From positions 11,906,263 to 11,970,262 of the forward strand of contig CM119264.1 in assembly GCA_051294375.1 (NCBI GenBank): a stretch of 64,000 nt of DNA, written 5' to 3'. This document shows, one piece after another, positions 25,828 to 39,489 of this stretch (positions are counted from its first letter, which is position 1; each line of letters opens with the position of its first letter). The position numbers and the translations under genes are program-made. Source of the stretch: Paraspadella gotoi. Its lineage: Eukaryota; Animalia; Chaetognatha. The notes beneath the pieces are model-generated. The model saw nothing but the letters and a program-made list of their open reading frames with translations, was not told the origin of the DNA and did no database searches.

Positions 25828-27691
25828 TCCGTAATGACGTTTACGGGCGTCAGAGGCGCGGAAAGACGAGACCGAATGGCGTCACTGATGAAGGGAGAAA
25901 ATAAAACTGGGAAGGAATCGAAGTTGATTAATGAATGATTGAAATGGAATGAATGAAATTATTGAATGAATCTATCAATGAATGAATGAATGAATCAATC
26001 AATCAATCAAACAATCATTCAATGAAAATTTTAATGAATAAACTAGCTGATCACTGGACGAGTCAGTTTATAAATTATTTGTTGCATGAACAGTGAAAGT
26101 GGAGCGAGAAAAAGGAAGTTGATGAACTGTTTTTCAAGTTTTCTTTTTCGATAGCTTGGTTTCATCTTTGCATGTGAGGGTTTGTGAGTATAATTGACTC
26201 AATCTAGGAGTATTTAGTTTAACTTTTAAACTTAAATGTACTAATAATTCCGACTCATTTATTGAACAATGTATATAAATAAAAATGGAAAGCTTTCATC
26301 ATTAAAAAAAAAAGTTAAATATTTCCTCGATTTATTTTCGAAAAATTAAAAGGCGGAGAAATTTAAATAAAAAAAAAGCAGAAAAAAAAGTCTCATCGAA
26401 TTGAACTTTGAAAAAAAAAAGGAATTTTAAAAACGTAAAGCACATTCGAATATTGAGAGGCGTTCATGCATAATCAACGCGAGGAGATGGGGGAAAGAAA
26501 TCCGGAATGAAGAAACTTACAAAGCGCGAAAAACGATTTCTCAGGGAAGGGAGCGAGAGGAGAGAGAGAGAGGGGATGAGCAGAGAGGAGAGATGCGACG
26601 AGGAGAGGAGAGAGAAGAGAGAGAGTAGAGAGAGAGAGAGAGAGGAGAGAGAAGGGAGAGAGAGAGAGAGAGAGAGAAGAGGGAGAAACGAAGAGAGATC
26701 GACAAAGAAAGATGGGAGGATAGAAGATAGAGAGAGAGTCAAAGTGAGGAGTCGAAATATAAGTGAAAAATGAAGATATCCTTTTTATATTCCCCCTTTC
26801 GCGCGAGTGAAGACGCCGACGAACGCGACGACGGACGACTCTCCGTCCACTTCTTTCTCTAAAGTCGATGGGAAGGTCGCGGGTTCAATTCCTTTAGTCG
26901 CCGGGGCCCACTGCACAATTTTCGGTGACAGATTCGAAGGAAAGGCGATATAAATTCTGTTATTTGGTTCATTTAATTTGAAAAAGTATTTGATTTGGCA
27001 AAATGCGATTATAATTTGTAATATTTCGAACGTGAAAAAAAAAACGCATTACTAAATTTCGTAGAGAACTTTTTCACATAGCGCCATCACAAATTAACAG
27101 AAGCTCTCTGATTTATAACGACAAATCACACATAAATCTGTGATCATGATTTTCTCCCTTTTTTTTATTTTCTTCGACGTCTTTCGAGACATTTCCTCTT
27201 CTCTTCCTCCGAATCGTTTCCTCTTCCACTTCCTCTTCATCCACCACTGCCTCTTCTTCCTCTTCCTCCTCCTCGATCCTTGGCAAGATGCCATCTTTTT
27301 ATCCGCCATTACAAAATTTTCATGGTGAACGACGTTTTTCTTTACTTTCCCTCCGAGGTCGACCGCCTTCGATGTATTTTGTATGTCATTCCCTTACCCA
27401 CTGTGGGTTTTTTTTCTTTTAACGCTTACACAAACTGATTCATGAGTTTCTTTAGTCATTCGGTGGCTTCCTATTCTTAAACATGTTTATTTTTTCTTCT
27501 CTGAACAAAATATCAAACGTCGAAATATGTCGGGCGGCCTGTCGCTTCGTCTGTATTTATAATTTTTTTAAATATTTTTTTTTACTAAAAACCAAACTTT
27601 TGAAGTTCATCACCGTCGACGTTACTTACTTCTCCAATCTCCAGTCAGAAATTCTTGGCGTTTTTCTCTTTCTTCTTTTTTCATCTTAGAC

Positions 27692-27783
<92 letters not shown>

Positions 27784-28878
27784 TAAGAGTGATGAAGTTG
27801 AAATAGAAAGAAGATGAATGGAAATGGATTAGGTTAGGAAAGAAAGAAGAAGAGAACAGACGGAGAAGGATTAAGATGAAAAAAAAGAAAGAGAAAAAAC
27901 GCCAAGAATTTCTGACTGGAGATTGGAGAAGTAAGTAACGTCGACGGTGATGAACTTCAAAAGTTTGGTTTTTAGTAAAAAAAATATTTAAAAAAATTAT
28001 AAATACAGACGAAGCGACAGGCCGCCCGACATATTTCGACGTTTTGATATTTTGTTCAGAGAAGAAAAAAATAAACATGTTAAGAATAGGAAGCCACCGA
28101 ATGACTAAAGAAACTCATGAATCAGTTTGTGTAAGCGTTAAAAGAAAAAAAAACCACAGTGGGTAAGGGAATGACATACAAAATACATCGAAGGCGGTCG
28201 ACCTCGGAGGGAAAGTAAAGAAAAACGTCGTTCACCATGAAAAATTTTGTAATGGCGGATAAAAATAGACATCTTGCCAAGGATCGAGGAGGAGGAAGAG
28301 GAAAGAAGACGGCGGTGGTGGATGAAGAGGAAGTGAAGAGGAAACGATTCGGAGGAAAGAAAGAAAATGTCTCGAAAGACGTCGAAGAAAATAAAAAAAA
28401 GGGAGAAAATCATGATCACAGATTTATGTGCGATTTGTCGTTATAAATCAGAGAGCTTCTGTTAATTTGTGATGGCGCTATGTGAAAAAGTTCTTCTACG
28501 AAATTAGTAATGCGTTTTTTTTTTTCACGTTCGAAATATTACAAATGTATAATCGGCATTTTGCCAAATCAAATACTTTTTCAAATTAAATGAACCAAAT
28601 AACAGAATTTATATCGCCTTTTCCTTCGAATCTGTCACCGAAAATTGGTGCAGCTGGCCCCGGCGACTAAAGGAATTGAACCCCGACGACTTCCATCGAC
28701 TTTAGAGAAAGAAGTGGACGAGAGTCGTCGTCGTCGCGTCGTCGTCGTCGTCGTCTCACTCGCGCGAAAGGGGGAAATAAAAAGGATATCTTCCATTTTT
28801 CATTTATTTCCGACTCCTCACTTTGACTCTCTCTCTATCTTTCTATCCTCCCATCTTTCTTGTGTCGATCTCTCTTCG

Positions 28879-28952
<74 letters not shown>

Positions 28953-29742
28953 TCTCGTCATCTCTCTCTCTGCTCATCTCTCTCTCTTCCTCTGAGAAAT
29001 CGTTTTTCGCGCTTTGTAAGTTTCTTCATTCCGGAATTCTTTCCCCCATCTCCTCGCGTTGAATTATGCATGAACGCTCTCCATATTCCGAATGTGCTTT
29101 CCGTTTTTTAAAAAATTCCTTTTTTTTTTTCAAAGTTCAATTTCGATGAGACTTTTTTTTCTGCTATTTTTTTTATTTAAAATTTCTTTCCTGGCCTTTT
29201 TAATTTTCGAAAATAAATCTGAGGAATATTTAACTTTCTTTTTTATGAATGATAAGCTTTCCATTTTTTATTTATATACACTTGTTCAATAATATGAGTC
29301 GGAATTAATTAGTAATTTAAGTGTTAAAAGTTAGACTAATCTCTAGATTCGAAGCTCAATTATACTCACAAAACCTCACAGTGCAAAGAATGAAACCAAG
29401 CTTGATCGAAAAAAAACAGAAACAAAAACTAGTTACATCACTTTTTTCTCGCTCGCACTTTCACTGCTTCATCCAGCAATAATTATAAACTGACTCGTCC
29501 AGTGATCAGCTAGTTTATTCATTAAAAATTTTCAATTGAATGGATGTTTGATTGAGGTGATTATCATTCATTCATTCAGATAGATTCATTCAATAATTTC
29601 ATTCATTCCATTTCAAAATCATTCATTAATCAACTTCGATCCTTTCAGTTTTATTCTTCTCCCTTGCACTCCAGTGACAACGCCATTCCGGATCCTCGTT
29701 TTACCTGCGCCTCTGACCACCCGCTAAAGCCGCTCATTACGG
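25828..29742. repeat. Inverted duplication 2 (arms 25828-27688 and 27872-29742), probable gap-filling artefact
   Basis: Reverse-complement arms around a (GA)n plus ~90 bp unique spacer. Insertion errors increase toward 29742, and a 25-N gap (29794-29818) follows. Confidence 0.95.
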
Positions 29743-30734
29743 TGACACGGAGCGAAAAGTGGAACTCCTTTGGCGGAGTCGTCGCGTCGTCACNNNNNNN
29801 NNNNNNNNNNNNNNNNNNTCGTCTTCGTCTTCTCTCTTTATTCAACCTGCCCTCCTCCTTCTTTCTCCTCCTTCTCTTCTTTTTCTTAAGATCTCCTTCC
29901 CTTTTTCTCCCCCTTTCCTTCTTTTCCCTGCTTCCGATTCACTGATGATGTATGAAGCACGATTCTTTCCTCCCCCCGCTCCCCCCCTGCTCGAAATCGC
30001 CCAGACCCATCTGTGTCTCTGTGACTCTCTGTCTCTCTCGCAAAAAAATTCTCCCCTTTTTTTTCGTCTGGGAACATTCGCGCGTAAATGGGCGCGTGCG
30101 TTGGCGTGTGTGTGTGTGTCCCGCAGTTGGTGCTCAGTAATCCTGCGAGCTAAAAGCAAAACGGATGTGAAGTGCATTCACAAAAATGAGTAAATAGATG
30201 TTTCGCTCAATGTTTCCTTCGCTTTTGTTTCGTGAGTCCATCCTCGATGAATGAGATTTGAAGTTGAAATACAATTATTATACTACCTTGACTGTAATCT
30301 ATCCCAAACAATCTTATGAATAAAATATATAAATAGACTCACCATAAGTCTTATGCTTCGATGCCACTCAAGGCGAGGCGTATTTTAAGTCGCGTTATAT
30401 TAAAATTTCCCCTAAGCAAGAAATGTAAATAACCTCAACGCGCGACGTCGAGTTGAACCGATCATCAGATTGCGTTTCAAAATAACGCTTACTTTTAACG
30501 TTTGAAAAGTCTTGAAAATTATAACTGTAAGTAAGAGTGCATATTGGTTATAATTTTGTGCAAATCAACTGGTGCTTAACTTTGGCTTACCTTCTCGCAA
30601 ATACTAGCACCATTCACGCTTCAATATTTTAATATACCGAAATAATGAATGAATGTGAGTAAAAGGCAATTTATAAAAGCTCGATACGACTCAGTCGGTA
30701 CTTTTATTATCAAGCCTATCTTTCCAATCTTTTT

Positions 30735-30767
<33 letters not shown>

Positions 30768-32016
30768 GTTTCGGTTATGTGTTGACGCGGAGCATCGTTA
30801 AGCCTTTAATTTAATTCCCGAGGGTTTTGACTTTTTTTTTCGACTCTGGATTCGAATCATTACTTTTTCGTGGTTACGACCCGGTCGACGGTTTTACGAC
30901 GCTCGGTCTCCGGAAGTGATAAGAGGAGTTTCCCAAAAGTACTTCGTGGAGAGAGTCGATATCTCGTGAGCAACACCGATGGAGGGTGTTGCCGGTTGGT
31001 AATAGACTAATTCCGTAGGAGTAATTTTTATCTAAATTCAACAATCGAGTGTTTGAAAGATGATGTCTTCGCGAAACTGAGCCAATTTTACTGCGATTTT
31101 AACAATTTTAAGAGCCAAACATAATCACCTAATGTTAAATTATAGATAATAAAAGTCATCGATGAAGTGCACCAACCGGGATCAGCGGTGTAGGATGTTC
31201 TAAAAAACGTAACCATGAGGTGTATTTTTCACTTTTCTTTTTATTCCTCCGAAATAAAGAAACCTTTTTATAAAAAAATAGAAAAAGAAAGAAAAATTTC
31301 CACCCGTCCCCCCTCCAAAAAAAAAAGAAGCAAACCGAAATCTTTCCAACTTTGTTCCCTGGAAAAAAAAAATATTTTTTTTCCTTGTGACGAAAAAAGG
31401 AAAGGATCGATTCCTTTGTGGGAGACGAAAATAGTGTGAGGATGACAAACGAGACCGCGACCTGCGCCCCGGGTGAGGCAATGCCGGCTTCCGATTGGTC
31501 GGATCATTCCTACTGTCGTTCTTTAGAAGAATGATAACTGATATTTGTTTCTTTTCATAAATTTTTAATTCTATTTTCCGCGTGATGTATTATTTTCTGG
31601 ACGTTTGATCTTAATGTATAAGCGGGAAATTCGGGGTTTTTTTTTCTTTGGGGGGACGATTGTTTTCTGGCGGAGAACAGATTATTCTGGATTCTGGAAA
31701 AAAATGATATTTTATAAGCCTTTTATGTACTCGATCGGACATCAAAAAAAAAAAAAAAAACAACCAACACGTCTCATTAAAATTAATGTCATGACCTCTT
31801 AACGTTTTTATTTTTTGCCTTCTTTTTTCTCTCAGTTATCATCTCACCTTTGTTCATTTCATCTCATATTTTTATATCTCCTTTCTCCCTTTCCGGCCGT
31901 TCGCCCTTAAAAAAAAAAGAACAATTTGATTACCTTATTTTTCGTCGTTCTGGCGCGAGCGTTCCCCCCCTCCTCCGCCCCCCTCCCACTCTCCCCCCAA
32001 TTTCTTTGTCCTTCAG

Positions 32017-32138
32017 TCGACCTCGACCATCAAAAATCCATTTCGCACCATGAAGTCATGAGGCGAAAGATTTTCCCGCCAGACGCCGACAAAATCCGGA
32101 AGTCGGCCAAGAAGGGAATTTCAAAGAAGAGTCGCGCG
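32017..32138 (+). CDS. Candidate exon of an uncharacterised plus-strand gene
   Basis: Acceptor tttctttgtccttcag| and donor |gtcggt. Only one frame is open: (V)DLDHQKSISHHEVMRRKIFPPDADKIRKSAKKGISKKSRA. Confidence 0.35.
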
Positions 32139-32896
32139 GTCGGTGGGAGGGGAGCGGCCGGGGCGGGGTATAGAGGTTGATTGGAAGAGAGTCTTCGAAG
32201 GAGTTTACAAGTGGCAAAGTCATGGGATCAAGGGTTGCGTTAAGTGGATGGTTTTGATGGTTAATCGAAGACTCAGATTCGAGCTTGGGCATTGGGCATG
32301 GGCAATGTCGCATTGGGCATTCCATCGTTTTTTGTTGTGGTTTTTTTTTTCTGCTTATGAGGATTTTCGCGAATCGTTGAGAATGACGGAACCTCCGTTC
32401 TCCCTCGACGTAAATCGAGATTCCCTGATCACCTCATCGCCCACTCACCGAGTAGAAATGAGCAGCGAGTTTTGGGGCGAGAAAAAGAAGCCAATACTGA
32501 ATACAGGTCGACTCACGCGAGGCAGAGTCGGGTTTGAGAAGGAAAGGAAATGTCGATAAAAAGAGGGGGAAAAAAATAGGAAAGATTGAGAAAGACAGAG
32601 AGAGACAGAGAGAGACAGTGAGTTATTTCCGGTTTTTTCTGGGGGTGAATGAACGGAAATTGAAACAATGAGATTAGGCTGACCCGGAAAAGGAAAAAAA
32701 ATGTTTTTTTATATTTATTGATAATGACATAAGACATTAGAAAAGCTGAAGTTGAGGTAAAAAAAAGAAAAAAAGTGATAAAACGCGAAAAAAATATGAG
32801 ACGAAAATGCGAAAAGTATTTCCATCGCGATTTCGTCGCACGAAACAAAATAAAATTCCATCGTTAAATTTCTTCAATCCTGTACTGTTTAATATT

Positions 32897-33005
32897 ACTA
32901 TAATATAATATATATAATATATAATATATATAATATATAATATATAATATATAATATATAATATATAATATATAATATATAATATATAATATATAATATA
33001 ATATG
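32897..33005. repeat. (TATAA/TATATAA)n AT microsatellite
   Basis: Direct reading. Confidence 0.95.
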
Positions 33006-33109
33006 AAAATAAATACTTTGATTTTTCAATATTTATTTATTTTTTCCTTTTGCTCCCTCAACCCAACTCCTTTTTCCCTAACGATTATTACGACCCTTTA
33101 AACCTCCTC

Positions 33110-33900
33110 AACTTCCCACCTCCCTTTCATCATCTCCCCCAACCTCTCCCTCCTTTTCTCCATCTCCCCCAAACTCCTCCCTCCCTTTCTCCATCTCTCC
33201 TCCCCCCAACCCCCCCCTTCCCTCCCTCCCTTTCTCCATCTCCCCCCCTCCATCTCCTCCCTCCCTTTCTCCATCTCCCCCCAACTCCTCCCTCCTTTTC
33301 TCCATCTCCCCCCAACTCCTCTCCCTTTTCTCCATCTCCCCCCCAACTCCCTCCCTCCCTTTCTCCATCTCTCCTCCCCAATCCTCCCTCCCTTCTCTCA
33401 TCTCCTCCAACTACCTCCCTCCTCCCTTTCTCCATCTCTCCCCCCCAACTCCTCCTCCTTTCTCCATCTCCCCCCCTCCATCTCCTCCCTTCCTCTCCAT
33501 CCTCCCCCCAACTCCTCCTCCTTTTCCCATCTCCCCCCAAACTCTTCCCTCCCTTTCTCCATCTCTCCTCCCCAACTCCTCCCTCCCTTTCTCCATCTCC
33601 CCCTCCATCTCCTCCTCCCTTTCTCCATCTCCCTCCAACTCCTCCCTCCTTTTCTCTTCCTCTCTCCATCTCCCCCAACTCCTCCCTTTTCTCCATCTCC
33701 CCCCAACTCCTCCCCTCCCTTTCTCCATCTCTCCTCCCCAACTCCTCCCTCCTCTTTCTCCATCTCCCCCCTCCATCTCCTCCTCCCTTTCTCCATCCTC
33801 CCCAACTCCTCCCTCCTTTTCTCTCATCTCCCCCAAACTCCTCCCTCCCTTTCTCCATCTCCCTCCCCAACTCCCCCTATCTTCCCAATCTCCACGTATT
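33110..33900. repeat. Pyrimidine-rich minisatellite, ~28-33-bp unit (CTCCCTTTCTCCATCTCCCCCCAACTCCTC-like)
   Basis: The core TTCTCCATCTC recurs more than 20 times and produces the spurious Pro-rich and Gly-Glu-rich ORFs. Confidence 0.93.
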
Positions 33901-34646
33901 CCCTCCCTCTCTTCCTCTTTCTCTCCCAAAATCAGATATTCGCTCGCTCGCCAACTCAATATTTGTTTAGGATGTGGACGGATTTTCGAAAAAAGGGATG
34001 GAATGCTCGACGGACGGGCGACATGTCGATGCCAGTTAAAATGGAGGCTCGCGCAGCTTCAAGTCAGTTTTAGAAATGGTTGCGTGCTCGCGCGCGAGTG
34101 GATGCCAGCGAAGATCTTTTCAATCTGTCGAAACGAATTTTTAAAACCTTTTTTTTTTCGACGACGCAAGATGGAGCTTGGCAGACCTAGTCTCTTAAGA
34201 ATTAAGATGCCACCTTAAATTTTCACAAATGCAACAAGCCGTGACTAACTGGTCTCCTATGCCATTTATGATGGCACGTACGTCTAACGCGGCCCGAAGC
34301 GCTCGTCTTGCAAAGAAAAAAAAATCTTCTTTTCTTTTCCCATCGATTCGTCTCGACTCTAGTCCGCGCCCTCCGTCTGTCTTTCCGTCGGTCCGTCTGT
34401 ATTTTTTTCTATTTTTCTTTCTGTTCGGCGGTCTCCTAGCAACTGTGATCGATTCCGTTCGATCGAAGGCTCCAGTCTCCTCGATTATTAATTCATCGTC
34501 GAGAAAGAAGAGATGAAAAAAACTCTCTTCTTCTTTCGTCGCGAATTTCCTTTATCTTTTTATTATGAATCATATTTATAAATATCGTTGCAGGAAAATT
34601 AGAATATATGTTGTCATTTAATACAAAATCTTTTTGCATCAGGTCT

Positions 34647-34692
<46 letters not shown>

Positions 34693-35249
34693 TTGGTTTT
34701 TTTTTATCAATTATAAACTTCAAACTATGTCACTTAACAAACTAATCGAAAAAAAAACCTATAACAAGAAACTGTCAGTTTCTTCTTCACCTTTTCATTC
34801 ATTTTTCGCGTCGAGAGGGAAACACTGTGCAATGTGCACGGTGCAGTATTCACTATGCATTATTGACTATGCAGGCCTGCAACACAACTAAGCAAAGAGA
34901 AAAAAGAAAATAAGTAAAAAATCATTTTCGTCTTTTATGCAAAAAAAAATTCGCCGTTCTGAGACAACGATTTGTCTTACGGTGGTACTTCCAGGACTTC
35001 GTTCTTACTTCATTACTTGTTACTCCCTCATTCAACAAGCTGGCTCATCTTCTGTTTATCATATTTTTTCAATTAAAAATCCGTCTTTTTTATTTGCATA
35101 TTAAAGTTTCGCTAGAGATTTAGCTGTCGTTTAATCGGTTCAAAAAAATCACGAAAAACTTTTGAAGAGTTAAATTTTAAGGTGCAAAAACGTTATTATG
35201 GTAATTTCAGCTTACTTTTTTCTAAATTTTAGTCTCATAATATAAGAGA

Positions 35250-35298
<49 letters not shown>

Positions 35299-35328
35299 TT
35301 CAACGTCTCATCTTTTGTTTTTCCTCAG

Positions 35329-35358
35329 ATTCAGAGCAAATCGGTATCGCCCGCTTAG
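35329..35358 (+). CDS. Candidate terminal coding exon (IQSKSVSPA*)
   Basis: Strong acceptor tcttttgtttttcctcag|; phase 0 matches the end of 32017-32138. Confidence 0.25.
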   Translation: MQSKSVSPA

Positions 35359-35474
35359 CCATCTGAGGCGCCATCGTCGCATTGCTGGCCAGCGTCGCCG
35401 GGATCGCCTTTAATAGGCACCCAGGGACGATTTCCGTCGCGCGCTCTGTGTTGATGCGTCCCGGATGATTAACT

Positions 35475-35566
35475 GATTAGTCAATCAAGTGATTTACCGA
35501 TCGCGAGATTAGCCGATCACGTGATTAACCGATCGCGAGATTAGCCGATCACGTGATTAACCGATC
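35475..35566. repeat. 16-bp tandem array in alternating A/B units with palindromic cores
   Basis: gatttaccgatcgcga gattagccgatcacgt gattaaccgatcgcga gattagccgatcacgt gattaaccgatc. Confidence 0.85.
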
Positions 35567-37302
35567 CGGCTTTTAGTAGAATACGTTATTAACCGATTAC
35601 AGAATCTACAAAGATACATCGCATGTTTTCAACGCTCCAGGTTGGTCTGCTAGTAAGTATATACTATATAATTTTCTCGCAGTATGACGAAGAAAAGATC
35701 CAATTTTATACGGAATACAGGATTTCCAACAACAACAACAACAACACTAATAAACAACAAGACCAAAAACATTAAAAATGAAGACAGATCGATATCGTCA
35801 TATCGATATTACTCTCGGCAGCAGACCAAACTAAATAATAACGAGATTCTAATCGGCTTCTCTCTTTTTTTTCTCTCTTTTTTTTTAAATACTTAGGAGG
35901 AGAAACTAAACTAAACTAAACTAAACTAAACTAAACTAAACTAAACGAAAGATGCCATCAAACATTGATTATGAATATAGACTATTTATTTTAATATTTT
36001 TTACTTCACTACAAATAAGCATGAATTGGCCGCCGAGACGACGGCTCGTGTTCAATTTAAGTCTCTTCTTCTTCTTCCTCCTTCCTCCCCCCCGCCACTT
36101 CCGCCTCCTCTTATCGGTCGCCTCCTCTCCGATATTTTTTCTCATGAAAAACACTTAGCAAAGGTCAGAAGGTCGGGAGGATCAGAGGCGGACTTTGTGG
36201 TTCCGCCGGAGGTGGCGCCGAGAATAGCCACACGCTCGCGATCGCATCTCTGCGCGCATTTAATTCTTTGCACGCATCTACTTCGCGCGCATTATCGTAA
36301 ACCTTCGTGTTTCAGCTTTTTTTTCTGAAAGTCAGAATGCATTAGGTTTTCCCCTTGACTTTTGAATGTCTCTATTCCCAAAGTTCCAAATCTTTTTTTT
36401 TTGCTTTCCTCTTCGACTGCACTCTCGTATTTGCTTTTCAATTATCGCGCTTCCTCTCCGCTAACCATTCCTACCTTTCCTCTTTCATCCATTAGTAAAC
36501 ATAAAGGACAAAAACTTATCTCGAAAAGTAAGTTTCCCGCTGTTGGGGGACCTCTCTTTCAGCATAAAAAGGTTTTCTTATAGTACCATAATAATATTTA
36601 ACTCGAGTCTCTCACGAAGATTAATGTTTTCGATATTTGGCTCAATCTAGAGGGTTGGTATCCAAAACTTAAATTAATGTTTTCTCTTTCTCAGGTGGGT
36701 TTAATCATTCTATTTGCGTACAACCGAGAAAAATGAAAGGGTGGTTAAATTTTAGAGTTCTCTGTACTTGTTTTATCTTTGAGTTATTGGCTTCTTTGAA
36801 TTGTTTCATGTCTTTCCGTTTCACTCAAGTCCTATTTGTCATTTTCTGAAACCTTTTAAGTTCCACTTTTATTTTTCCATCTATCTTCCTCATTTTTTTT
36901 TCCGTCATCTTCAGAGTCGACATCATACAGAATCAATAATGTTGCATTCGAGTAAAAACGCATATAACCACTTTGAACGTCATCTCATTCTTTCATGAGC
37001 AAAAACATAAAGTTTGGCATATAAGGTGGAGGAACATATGTAAATCGTAAAGTCTTAGGATCTGCATAAAAAAAATATTCAATTAAATTATATGGATTAT
37101 GATATTTGACGCAAACGTAATCGTGATGTGGTTAATATCAGATTATCTCTTTCCTGACTTTCAAGATTTTTTTTCATAAGAATTTCTCACCTCTTCATTT
37201 CCTTTTCAAGACTCGCGGCAAAATTCATCTTCCTCTCAGTTCTGTGATTGCACTCGACTTCGGCGTCCCAATGTCACAATCAGGCTTTGCAGAATATCAT
37301 TC

Positions 37303-37334
<32 letters not shown>

Positions 37335-37489
37335 AGATCTCTGCTCTCGTCCTCTCTCGTCTCTCTGCTCTCTCACTCTCTCTCTCTCTCTCTCAGTTCA
37401 GATTAAGCCTCGTCTCATTTCTTACATTTTCCAATCCAAAAGCGAAGACAATAAAAATGATTATAGAAAAATTGCCTTTTATTTCAAAA

Positions 37490-37541
37490 TATACATGTAT
37501 GTATGTATGTATGTATGTATGTATGTATGTATGTATGTATT

Positions 37542-37574
<33 letters not shown>

Positions 37575-37592
37575 GTGTAGGTATGTATGTAT
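37490..37592. repeat. (TATG)n microsatellite
   Basis: Direct reading; second copy at ~46738-46810. Confidence 0.95.
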
Positions 37593-39435
37593 GATTTTTT
37601 AAAGAATATTTTCTTTTAGTTTCTTCACTACATACTTATCTGTAATATAAACATCATGATTATGTTGATGATCCCTTAGAACTTTCATCAAAATGGAAAG
37701 AAGGGCGTTTTCTTTTTTAATTTCAGCTTCCGTGAGCTCATTGTGAAAAAAAAGGGAGGTTCGTGTTTGTAAAAAGTCCGGCGATGTGGAAAAGATCTGA
37801 AAGGGGTTAGGGTAATATATCCGTGGAGAGGCCGGTGCTTGAGAAACGACAGACTTTAAGGGGAATAGGGGTTGAAGTCAGCGATTCAAGAAAAAAAAAT
37901 GTGTTTTTTTTTTCCCTTTTTTTCGAATCGGTTGGGGGACAAGTCGAGAAGTTTGAAGAGAGTAGGGACGCCACGCTGAAGTGATTCAAACGAGATCGAG
38001 TGAAAGTTACGGGTGAACGTTTTATGTTTAATCACCGAGGCGAATATTAAACGAAGAGTTCAAGGTTCCCAGAGGAACGTGAATCGTTGAATGTTGCTTT
38101 AGACTGGTTCCGCCCGTTTGCTTCATCAGAGTTCAGATGGTGAACGGGTGACAGCAACAACATTGGGTTGCCATTTACAAAGTGTAACTGTAAGAAATTC
38201 AACGGATTGATTCCCGTTTTTTACTTCTTTTTTTTTCGTTACTATTGGACGTTATGGTAAAATCTCTATTCAGTAATTTTTGGTACTTTCTTCGCTTTAC
38301 TTAATTGTTTATTTATGTATCTTTAACTTACATAATTCAATCTAGTTTGTTTAGCGTATGTCATTTTCCTTAACGTGATTCTTTCGTTGAGATCGTTAAT
38401 AATTCCTCATAATCATTCATTTTTTCCCCTTTTTTACTTCATTATTCTTTAGTTATACTATCATACATCTTAACTTAATCAATAATTTTCGTACTTCATT
38501 CCCTTTCATTTCTCTTATTCCTTTACTTCATCCTTCCATCCCATTTTCCTTTTCTCCTCATTTTTCCTCCCCCATTCTTTTTTTCTACTCTCCTTCTTTC
38601 GCTAATCACTCCTGGGGTAAGTCTAAAACGGCAGACAATAGGGGTGGGTGAGAACTGACAGACGGTTGGCAATCGGGGGTAAGTTATTGCGCGTGGCGAG
38701 AATAATGAGAGGGCGGCGAACACTGCAGGAGGCGGGTAGGTAAGGCAAAAGAAAAAGCGGAAGGCGGGTCATGCCCGGAGAAATGGTAAGAAGTTGGGCG
38801 AGGGTTGGGTTGGTTCGGAGAAGGTGGACTAAGGTTCGCGAAATGCGGGAGGCGGTGGGCGGAGAGGCAGGGCGAGAACTGGTCCGTAAAAGTTAGGGAG
38901 AGAACAAGGGAAAGGGAGCGGCCTCCGACGGGACAGAACTGCCGCGAAAGGGCGGGAATAGAGGAGGGTAAAAGAGAGAGAGAGAGAGAGAGAAAGAGCG
39001 AGAGAGAGAATGAAATTCCCTCTGGTGGATGTCTAATCACAGATGCAAGCCTTCTGAGCGAATCCAGCTCAAGACCCTTCTTTTTTTTCTCTGAGCGCAT
39101 CTTCTTTTTATTTTTCTTTGAACGCATCGAACGATTGTTACATGCGCTCGCTTCTTGTTTCCTTGCTAAGAAGTAAGAAAATTGGTTTTTTTCTTTAAAA
39201 ACGTTAATGTGTATTTCTTTTATATTTTATTTTTGTCTTGTGCAGCACTCGCTCTCTTTCTTGCTTTCTTTCTTTCTTTCTTTCTTTCTTCTTTCTTTCC
39301 TTCTCTCTTCTCACTCTCTCTCTCTTCTCTCTCTCTCTTCTCTTTTCCTTTCTTTTCTTCTCTCTCTCTCTCTTCTCCTTCTTCTCTCTCTCACTCTCTC
39401 TCTCTTCTTCTCATCTCTTCTCTCTCTCTCTTCTC

Positions 39436-39489
<54 letters not shown>

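Noticed and set aside
26875-26895. B-box-like GGTTCAATTCC suggesting a tRNA
   Set aside because: No A box or cloverleaf, and the mirror copy differs upstream.
33050-33970. 306-aa Pro/Ser-rich extensin-like ORF
   Set aside because: It is the translation of a minisatellite that is open in several frames.
35475-35566. CRISPR-like array
   Set aside because: Tandem units with no unique spacers, eukaryotic context, and no cas genes.
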